Assembly: GCF_036321535.1 (NCBI RefSeq)
Contig: NC_087437.1
Span: 28,956,001 to 29,020,000 of the forward strand
Reading direction: 5' to 3'
Source of the DNA: Camelus dromedarius
Taxonomy: Eukaryota
Length of the DNA: 64,000 nucleotides
Below, one piece after another: positions 38,770-48,600 of this stretch. The position numbers were made by a program, and so were the translations under genes. The notes under the pieces are model-generated. The model was given only the letters and a program-made list of their open reading frames with translations, ran no database searches and was not told the origin of the DNA. Within the stretch, counting starts at the first letter, position 1. The number at the start of each line of letters is the position of its first letter.

Positions 38770-40092
38770 ATATTCAGAATCATTCTTGGTGTTGTATATT
38801 TTATGGGTTTGGACAAATGTATGACATGTATTCACTTTTACAGTATCACACAGAATTTTCCTCTGTGTCCCTCCTATTCATCTCTCCCTCTCCCCTAACC
38901 TCTGACAATCACTGATCTTTCTATTGCCTCCACAGTTTTGCTTTTTCCAGGATGTTCATAGTTGGAATTGTACAATATGCAGCTTTTTCAAATTGGCTTC
39001 TTTCACTTAGTAATATGCATTTAAGTGTCCTCCATGTCTTTTCATGGCTTGATAGCTCATTTCTTTTTAGTGCTGAATAGTATTCCATTTGCTGTATGTA
39101 TCACCTAATGAAGTACATTTTGGTTGCTTCCAAGTTTTCACAGTTATAAATAAAGCTACTGCAAATATTTGTGTGTAAATTTTTGTGTGGACATAAATTT
39201 CCAACTGCTTTGGGTAAATACCAGGAAGTGAGATTGCTGGATCAGATAAGAGAATGTTTAATTCTTTAAATAACTGCCAAACTGTCTTCCAAAGTGGCTG
39301 TATCATTTTGCATTCCCACCAGTGATGAATGAGAGGTTCCCCTTGTTCCACATTCTTGTCAGCATTTGGCGTTGTCAGTATTCTGGAATTTTGGCCATAC
39401 TAACATGTGTGTAGTGTATCTCACTGTTGTTTTAATTTACATTTCCCTGATGACATGATGTGAGGCATCTTTTCATATGCTTATTTGCCATCTACGTGAG
39501 GTGTCTGTGAGGTGCGTGTTAAGGTCTTTGGCTCATTTTAAAAATCAGATTGTTCTCTTATTGCTGAGTTTTAAAAGTTCTTTGTGTATTTTGGATAATA
39601 CTTCTTTATCAGATGTGTCTTTTGTAAATATTTTTTTCCCAGTCTGTGGCTTGCCTTTTCAGTCTCTTGACCTTTTTTTTTCATAGAGTAAATTTATAAT
39701 TTTAATGAAGTCCAGCATATCAATACTTCCTTTGATGGATCCTGCCTTTGGTGTTGTATCTAAATCATCACCATATTCAAGGCCATCTGGGTTTTCTCTT
39801 ATGTTATGTTCTAGAAGTTTAATAATTTTGCATTTTACATTTAGGTCTGTGATCCATTTCGAGTTAATTTTCATGTAGAGTAGATCTGTGTCTAGATTCT
39901 ATTTGTGTGTGTGTGTGCGCGTGTGTGAATGTCCAGCTCTAGCACCATCTGTTGAAAAGACTTTTTATTGCCTTTGCTATTTTGTCAAATATCAGTTGAC
40001 TATATATATAGGTGGGTCTATTTCTGGATTCTCTCTTATGTTCTATTGATTGATTTGTCTATTCTTTCACCAATACCATGCTGTCTGGATTA
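38770..40092 (-). mobile_element. L1MC-like LINE fragment, antisense
   Basis: Minus-strand ORF2 peptides WWECKMIQPLWKTVWQ and KINSKWITDLNVK. Confidence 0.88.
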
Positions 40093-40519
40093 TGGAGGAA
40101 GGTCTTTAAAAATTCAGAAAATAATAAAAACTATTGAATAGGTCGAAAATTTAGAATAGCATTATGAAAATTATATCCAAGGAGATAATGAAATGCTTAC
40201 CACAATTACGTGTTTCACTCATTTAGCAAATACTTAGTGTATTGCATCCACTCTGTATCACTCTGTATTCAATTACATATTAGCAATACAGTGACTAACA
40301 CAACAGACAATTCCTGCCCTCAAGAAGTTCCAGTTAAATGAAACATGGGTCATTGACATGCATTATATTTATACCTACTTTTTTCTAGTATGTCTACACA
40401 ATTTTATGGAACTGAAGTATTCCCCAAATAAGCATAATGATCCAGACAAATCAGTGGGGTTATGTAGCTAGGAAGAGATACTGTGTAGTCAGTCGTAATA
40501 AGAAAAGCAGCACTGGACA

Positions 40520-41700
40520 ACTTCCAGGAGAGGCTGCCACGGCTGCCAGGGAGGAGGTGCTCACCTTGCAGGCTGACGCTGCCCAGCGGGAGTCGGTGCC
40601 GAGTTCCCCGAAGCAGAGGCTGGCGGAGGCTCTTCCGGCAAAGCAGGGGTCAGAGCGGTTAGTTCCGGCGTCCCCCCTCCCGCTGAAGGCTGCCCTGTCC
40701 CGAGATGAGGTATTCTGCGCTACAGCCGGCTGCTGGTGCGGCCTGAGCTCGGCGTGCAGGGACAGCTGCGCTTTGCCACCTCACCCGTGCTGGTCGTAGG
40801 CTTCAGGGGACGCGGCTGCCCACTGGCTTCGTACCTGAGAGGTCAGAGTCGCCCGCCTGGGCCTCGTGGGCTGCGACAGAGTAGAAGTGAGCAGCCCGGC
40901 CCGCCAAGGGCTGCACGAGAAGGCACTGCCCGCCAAGCCCAGGGCGTCTGGCGGCGCCTCACTGCGCAGCCTCCGTCCAGCGGCAGACTACGTGTCCTAC
41001 GCCGTGCCCTACGCCGTGCCCTACGCCGTGCCCTACGCCGTGTCCTACGCCGTGTCCTACGCCGTGCCCTACGCCGTGCCCTACGCCGTGCGCGTCCGCC
41101 AGCCTCGGCGCTCCGCGATGCAGTGCCTGACTGCCCCCACAGCGTGCCCCCTCGCGACCTGGCTAAGGACCGTGTGTGCCAGCCCCGGCCTCTCCTGTCG
41201 GCCAGCGCCCTGTGGACCAGTCTGTGGTGGGCCTCGCTGTGCTGCGTATTCCCCCAGCCACCTCCAGCGGAGACGGTGACCAGCTGCGCGCTTGGCAGGG
41301 TGTTTGTTGTGGTAACTGGGGTCCTGGGCCGCCGGCAGGCGCTGGGGGTGAGGATGGCTGCAGGTCTGGGCCCCTCTTGCAGCGGCAGCGTGCTGCTCTT
41401 CCGTGCCCTCGGAGGACGTTTCCGCTGTGTGCAGCTAAGTAGGTGCAGGCCCGGCTGTGCAGCTGGCGGAGACGGCCCACTGTAGCTGACCTGCAGGACT
41501 ACGAAGCCTTCTGCGACTCCTCAGCCACCGAGAAGTGCCGCTCCCTGCAGTTGCTGAGCCCGGAGCAGCGAGTTTCTGTCATCGACTATCAGTGCCTCTG
41601 GATTCTGGGTCACCCCACCTGCAGCCGGATATCAGGCCTCACGTAGAGGTGGACATCCGTCGTCTGCCTCATGCCCTACACATCCCTTTGAAACGTTTGG
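40520..41700. promoter_or_regulatory. CpG-island-like segment coinciding with the retrocopy CDS
   Basis: Only extended GC- and CpG-dense stretch in an otherwise CpG-depleted window; promoter activity not shown. Confidence 0.6.
40991..41091 (+). repeat. 12-bp minisatellite (CGTGYCCTACGC)x8 plus partial unit
   Basis: Units start at 40991 every 12 nt; variant order T,C,C,C,T,T,C,C at unit position 5. Confidence 0.97.
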
Positions 41701-42345
41701 GAGGGAGGGATGCAGATAGCCTGAACCACTTTGGAGAAGGAATCCAGGAAGGGAAGTAGGGTGCACGGGAAGGGGCCTCTCTCTCCATTTATGTGGTGTG
41801 CAGACTGGGCAGTGACTCCCCGGAAGCCATGAAGATCCTGCCGTGCTTGACAGACGCAGCCTCTTTAACAGTTCAGGATGTTGTTGGGGGGCCTCATGGC
41901 CTGGGCTGAGAAAATCAGTAGAACATCTCGGCAGTACTGAGGTGCCTGGTGGAGTCTGACTAGCAAAAAAGGTGGGTTGCCATGTTACCTAAAGTGGGTT
42001 TTTTGCATTTATTAATTTATTTATGTTTTTTCCAATAATCTACGGAAGAGCTTGAGATTCCACCATAGCTGTGAATACATGGACTTCTTTTTATAGAGGG
42101 CTTTTTAATTGTAATTGGATCATGTAGCTATCACTGGGTTGTAATACTGTTTCTGAGAACTGTCTTGTGTTTTCAGCATTTGGATGGTGTCTGGAACAGG
42201 TGAGATATAATGTGAAGTGACAAGATTTTGGGTTTTGAACTGCAGATCATTTGCCTGTCCTGCCTTTTTTCCCCCACCTCTCCTAACTGAAAAGCTCTTT
42301 AAGTCATCCATTTTAATGCTTGGAAAGGTGTAGTAAACTTACTGA

Positions 42346-42820
42346 TGTTACTGAGTCCAAGCTTGTACTGCTTGCCACAGGACAGGCCAGTAAACCAAGA
42401 GATGAATTGTTGCAGCAAGGAATAGCAACAGAGAGCCAGCAGACTGAAAAGATGCTGAACTTGTGTCCCAAAGAACCATCTTAGAATTCAGACTTCTTTT
42501 ATATTAAAAGGAGAGAGAGTATGATTGGTTGTTGCAAAATCTTTGGTGTGGGATGCCTTTGTTCTTGCAGCTGTCCAATAGGTCAGGTCACTTATGTTCC
42601 TGTAAACCTGCAACAAGACAAATATTTTGCTCTGTTCTGCAATTTTTCATCTCTGTATGAATGGAAAAGTGTTATACCTTTAAAGGCCAGAGCCTTGAGA
42701 ATCTGCTGTCATGTATATTCAGGCTCTAGGCAATGTTCTTAGTTTGTAGCAAAAGCAATAGAACACAAAGTTTAAAGTAAAAGAAAACATAATATGGAGT
42801 CACTTTTGTTCTCTATTTTG
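42346..42820 (-). mobile_element. ERV1-type solo LTR inside the retrocopy 3' UTR
   Basis: tgttactgagtccaagcttgtactgcttgcc...atggagtcacttttgttc; 4-bp TSD ctga at 42342-42345 and 42821-42824. Confidence 0.8.
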
Positions 42821-44009
42821 CTGAATTGATCATAGATGATATAGTTAAAAATCAGTTTATTGTTTACTAAGACATTCTTTGGATGTTATTTCTACTTCAA
42901 ATGATAGAATATGTCCTAGAGAAATCAGTGTTTAAAATTTAAAGTCCTTAAAACATTAACATTATCTGGGAAGTGGTCCTTCTATTAAATATCTTGAATT
43001 AATGTCCAAATGGGATATTTACAGTCTAGCAAAATAGAAATCTCTTTTGTAGTCTGTCAGTTTCTTTTATAAATTGCTAATTTTTTCTTAGAGTTAGCTT
43101 CAGAGTCTGCCTTATATTTTACGCATATAAAAATTTCTAAACTGTATACTATGGTTTGGCTTGCTTTGGAATATTCAAGTGAAAGTTCCAGCCTTCTGCC
43201 CTTTTTTCCCTATCCAGTGTGTTTTCCCCCATTTGGCTTTACTGTGTGGCCAGGACACCAAATTTAATATTGAATTAAAGTGCAATAATGAACATTCTTC
43301 TCTCCTTCACAGTTATAGGTGAAAAACTTTGAATATTTGACCAATATTAGTTGTTATTGCTTTACTGTAGATAAATACTCTCTATCAGAGTAAATAAATT
43401 TCTTTTTTGTAGTTTTTAAAAAAGAAAAAGAAAAACAGCATTTAGTCTATTCCGACAGCTCATTGAGGCCTCTGTCTGTTAAAGAGCAAGCTTTAGAAAC
43501 ATGACTCATAAATCCCTAGAGTTCCCCAAAGTTAGTCACAAAAGTTTCCCAATAGAAAGTGGTCCCTAAGACTGTTCTCAAAGTCCTCAACTCCATACAC
43601 AAGAAATGGCTAGCCAGTAGACACATGTCACTGCCTGGTTGATAGAAGACTGAAAGTTATAGATATTTATCATACCCATTATATAAAGAGAAAAAAATCA
43701 CATGGTCTCTAAATGTGGACTAGTAAAGAAAAAAGATATAAATAGAGAATGAAAAAATAAGTATTTTGAGGAAATGATTGAATTTTCTTCAATACTTTTT
43801 ATATTGCACATTATACCAGTTCTGTTCCCAATGGATTCCCACTTTCTCAATGATATAAGTATAATGGTAACATTCCTTTATACATAGTTTTAATAATTTC
43901 TTGGGAAATTAAAATTTTATTTTATATTCATAGTGGCTTAAGCTTCAAAGAGAATTCTTTCAAGTTAGCTAGTATAGCTAGTATAAATTCCTACTGTACC
44001 CAATAGGAC

Positions 44010-44510
44010 TGGAATCTAAAAAAAAAAAAAAGACACAAATGAACATATTTACAAAACAGAAACAGACTAACAGAGATAGAAAACAAACTTATAGTTACCA
44101 GGGCGGGGTTGGGGGTAGAGGAGTGGGAAGGGATAAACTGAGAGTTTGAGATTTGCAGATACTAACTACTATATATAAAGTGGGAAGGGTATAGCTCAGG
44201 CAGTAGGGCACATGCCTAGCCTGCACAAGGTCCTGGGTTCAATCCCCAGTACCTCTTCTAAAAATAAATAAATCTAATTACCTCCCCACAAGAAAAATAA
44301 AATAATTTTTTAGAATAGATAAACAACAAGTTTCTTCTGTATAGCACAGGGAACTATATTCAATATCTTGTAGTAACCTATAATGAAAAATAATATGAAA
44401 GTGAATATATATATGTATATGTATGACTGAAACATTATACTGTACACCAGAAATTGACACAACATTGTAAACTGACTATACTTCAATTTAAAAAAAAAGA
44501 AAAGAAAGAA
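44010..44510 (+). mobile_element. 5'-truncated L1 3' UTR (camelid-type) with nested SINE
   Basis: tggaatctaaaaa...acagaaacagact...ttgtaaactgactatacttcaat plus A tail. Confidence 0.9.
44180..44311 (+). mobile_element. tRNA-derived SINE (Vic-1-like) inside an L1 tail
   Basis: gggtatagctcagg...gggttcaatccccagtacctc...ctaattacctcccc splits the L1 motif atatataaa/atagataaacaacaag. Confidence 0.9.
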
Positions 44511-45686
44511 ACACTCCTTGTTTGCTCCAGGCACTGGGATAGAGGCTGGGAATACAGACCTGAAGAGAATATGGTCCCTGCCTTTGACAGATCCTTGGCC
44601 ACATGAGGAAAGAGACAGACCTGGATCCCAGGAGTGAAAGCGGTAAGGTGTCATAAGGCATAATGCAGCATGAGGGACAGGGGATGCTGTGCTTATTCTC
44701 TGAGAAACCAGGAAAGGGTTGGCATTGGAGCTGAGTCCTGAAAAAGAAGAGGAGTCCATCAGACTAACAGAGGTCAGGGGAATGACTGTAGAAAGGACAT
44801 CACAAGATATCTTGGTTTGGCAAAATAGACAGACACTGAAAATTTGTTTAGAAAATCTGTATTTGAGTTGGAGATGAAGTTCCTTGTCAACAGGCAGGCT
44901 TTTCCATAGGAAGATTGGCCAGCAGCCTGGCTGTTTTAATTTGAGACCTCCAATTGTCATTGCCAGTAGGTAGTTCTCTTGAGTATACATGATTTTTCCC
45001 AGGGAGGAATGCTCCAACCTCACGCATGGTAGAGGTTAGGCTGGTATATGGTTGGATGTCAAATTATATGATCCAAGCAGGAGAAAGGAGTCCTCATTAA
45101 TTGTACTTTTTCCCCCTTTTTTGCACGGTAGCTACCCCACCCCTGCCCCCTTTGCCCAGGTCTTTTCAGGTCTGTAGTGGGTAGGCTTACTTCTCCCTGA
45201 CTTTTCTGCTTTACTCTATCACAAACTTAGGTTTCATTTCTATGGACTTCTAGATCAGTACTATGCATGTATTGCATTTTTAGCTTCAAAAATATGGGTC
45301 CCTCTCATCTACTGTCATGTACACTCTGATACATTTTTAAATCCCTTATTGTGATTTTTGAGTTTTAAGAAAGAAATGGAAGGAAACATCTACCTTCAGC
45401 CTGCTTATATTTGGAAGGCCCGGTTTCATTTCTAAGTGCTAATAAACTGTGCTTTTTGGTAGCTACTTTTGATCTTGCTCACAATGAGAAGGTGCTTTTT
45501 TGGACTTTGGTGTAAATATTTATTTATTAACTGCATTTTTTTTTTCCAACTACACTGGTCCATCCCTAGGCTTCAGGAGTAGTTCCCATTGCCATGAATC
45601 ACTGTCATTGCTCCAGCAGTCTGAATCAGTCACAGTTTCTCTCAGTTCCCAGCATTTAATTTGTCTAGTCAAAAGGACATGAACTT

Positions 45687-48600
45687 GTGGAGTGACATCT
45701 GCATCATGGCCATGTGAGATGCTCCCTTTGTCTCTCTCTTTTAATCTACGCCTAGTAAAATATTCATAATTCAGCTAAGGTTTCTCTGCCCCACACACCT
45801 GGATACCAAGAGAGACACACATCTGTACAGATGAAGGTGGGTGGACTGGAGCACAAAAGAGGAGGTAGGGGACTGCCCGTGACCCAGGTCCCGGTGTGGT
45901 AGCTGGGCCTGCAGCAGCAGGAAACCTGTAGCAGCAGAAAAGGTGGTGCACATGATTCTGGCCTCCCAGTTATAGTGGCTCCAGTGCCCACAGGGAACCT
46001 AGAAGCAGCAGCGACAGAGTCTGTGACTCCAGTCCCTCTAGCCACAGTGGTACCCATGACTCTGGCCCCCCCGCCTATGGCAGCAGCACCCACAAACCCA
46101 ACAATCCGAGATGCAGCAGAGGCACCTGCCATCCTGGTACCTCTGGTGGCAATGCCAACAAGAGCAGGGACACCAGCAGCAGCAAGACACCAGCAACCCC
46201 AGAGGCACAAGCAGCAACAATGAGGGCACCAGCAACAGCCATGGCAGAGGCAGTGGTGGGAGCAAAGTGCCAATTCTTGAATATAGTCAGAGGCAGAAAC
46301 CAAAAACGTGTGCTGTAGCGCCACCTACTGAAAAAGAAAAGAAAGACCTCTAATTACCAACAAGCTGAATTGTTAGAATCCAAGTTAAAGAAATCTTTAC
46401 CTAAATAAGAAAGGTGTTTAAAAAAAAAAAAAAAAGAAATTCTATCAGAACTTCATTAGGAAAGGTAACATAGGGATAATACGTATTCCAGAAGGAGAAT
46501 ATAGGAAGAAATGAGCAGAGAGTTTATTTAAAGAAATAATAGCTGAGAACTTCCCAAACCTGGGGAAGGAACTAGATATACAAGTTCATGAAGCTAAGAG
46601 AACACCTAATTATCTCAATACAAAAAGACCTTCTCCAAAACGCATTTATTAAAACTGTCAAAAGTCAATGATAACAAAAGAATTTTAAAGGCAACCAGGG
46701 GAGATAAAATACAATAACCTGTAAAGGAACTCCTATTTGGTTATTAGCAGACTTCTAAGCAGAAAATGTACAGGCCAGGAGAAAGTGGAATGACATAACA
46801 AAATACTGAAAGATAAAAACTGCCAGCTAAGAATACTCTATCCAGCAAAGTTAATCTTTAGCTGTGAGAGTGAAATTAAGGTTTTCCCAGACAAACAAAA
46901 GCTGAGGGAGTGCATCACCACTAGACCTATCTTATAAGAAATGTTGAAAGGAGCTCTTCTACCTAACACAAACAGACAAAAGTACAAAAAAACTTATAGG
47001 TGATAAATAGAAGGAAAGAATCAGAAAATTGCAACTCTATCAGTATAGGATGTTAAACACTTCATTATAGCATGAAGGTTAATAGGAAAACCAGTAAAAA
47101 TAACTATAGCTACTTCAGTGTGGTAACAGACTTACAATATGAAAAGAGATAATTAAAGACAACAAAAACATTAAAAGTGAAGAGGAAAAGGATGGAACCT
47201 ATGTAGGCAACTGAAGATAAGGTCCTTTCATCAGGAAAAGGACTGTTTTATCTGTGAGACATTTTGTATAAACCTCATGGTAACCATAAAACAAATCTAG
47301 AGCAGAAATACAAAACATAAAAAAGAAGAAACCGAGAAACTGTCCAATGAAAACAGCAGACAGAAACACAAGGAAAAGGAAACCATGGAGCAACCAGAAA
47401 CAAAAGATAAAGTAGCAGTACTAAGTCCTCATTTATACAGTTACCCTTAATGTAAATCGATTGAATTCATCAATTAAAAGACACGGAGTGGCTGGATGGA
47501 TTAAAAAACAAGACCCAACTATATGCTGCCTCCAGGAGACTCATCTTAGCTCTAAAGACAAAGAAAAAGGGATAGAAGATGACACTCTAAGCAAACAGCA
47601 GCCTAAAGAAAGCATATCACCCATATAAGACAAAATAGACTTCAAGCCAAGAAAGTTAACAAGAGACAAAGATAATATTATTATATCATAATAAAAGAGA
47701 CAATCTGTCAAAAACACACAGTTATTTACATAGGAGCACCAAAGTATATAAAGCAATTATTAACAGACCTAAAAGGAGAAACTGACAGCAACACAGTAAT
47801 ACTAGGGCACTCTTAATACCCCAGTTACATCAATGGATAGAATATCCAGACAGAAAGTCAACAAGAAAACTGCAGCCTTAAATGAAAGATTATACCAGAT
47901 GGACTTAAATTTATACAGAACAGTCCATCCAAATGCATCAGAATATACAATCTTACCAAGTGCATATGGAGCATTCTCTCATATGTTGGGACATTAAACA
48001 AGCCTCAATAAATTTAGGAAGACTTAAATCATATCAAGCATTTTTCTCATCACAGTGGCATGAAACTCGAAATGAACTGCAAGAAGAAAGCTGAAAAAAT
48101 CACAAGTATGTGGAGACTAAACAACATGCTACTGAGTAACTGTGGTATCAATGTAGAAGTCAAAGAAGAAATTTTAAAATACCTGAAGACAAATGAAAAT
48201 GAAGACACAACATACCAAAATCTATGGAATGCAGCAAAAGCATTACTAAGAAGGAACTTTATAGTAATACAGGCCTATTTCAAGAAAAAAGAAAAATCTC
48301 AAATAAACAATCTGACCTTACACATAAAAGAATTAGAAAAAGAAAAATAAACAAAGCCCAAAGTCATGGGGAAGAAAGGAAATAATAAAGATCAGAGAAG
48401 AAATAAATGAAATAGAGACTAAAAAGACAATGGAAAAGATCAGTGAAACTAAGATGTGATTCTTTCAAATGATAAAATTGACAAACCTTTAGCTAGATTC
48501 ACTATGAAAAAAAAGAGAGAAGGTTCAGATAAATAAAGTAAGAAATGAAAAAAGAGAAATCATAATGGATACCACCAAAATGCAAAGGATTGTAAGAGAA

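Larger units (their letters stand above)
40513..43427 (+). pseudogene. MOCS3: retroposed pseudogene of MOCS3 (adenylyltransferase/sulfurtransferase, UBA4 orthologue); decayed CDS 40539-41940
   Basis: Peptides [104 protein letters not shown] are collinear with MOCS3. Start ATG->ACG (40539), frameshifts (e.g. +2 at ~40710, -2 at ~40840), premature TAG 41757-41759. AATAAA 43393-43398, A-rich tail, TSD aagaaaa(g/a)cagca at 40500-40512 and 43428-43440. Confidence 0.95.

Noticed and set aside
40991..41091. CRISPR-like array, or a PRDM9 target (unit resembles the human CCNCCNTNNCCNC motif)
   Set aside because: Head-to-tail units without spacers in a mammalian genome. PRDM9 specificity is species- and allele-specific, so a partial match to the human motif says nothing here.
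40736..41485. 249-aa ORF with (RRAL/RRVL)n as a novel arginine-rich protein
   Set aside because: Starts at GTG shortly after an in-frame TGA, with no ATG until near its end. It is a mosaic of in-frame and shifted MOCS3 sequence. Stop-free runs are expected in GC-rich DNA, and the repeat is the minisatellite read in another frame.
40980..41541. Three ZFP57 hexamers (TGCCGC/GCGGCA) suggesting an imprinted DMR
   Set aside because: About the number expected by chance in GC-rich sequence of this length.
40539..41940. Functional MOCS3 gene
   Set aside because: Start codon lost, several frameshifts, premature stop, broken GxGxxG and CxxC motifs, TSD and poly(A) present, no adjacent DPM1.
44310..45023. 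237-aa minus-strand ORF
   Set aside because: Non-ATG start; crosses old repeat sequence and ends in antisense L1 3' UTR; no recognisable domain.
45764..46324. 186-aa antisense ORF in the L1 5' UTR (ORF0-like)
   Set aside because: GTG start, low-complexity CTG-rich sequence; no evidence beyond lack of stops.
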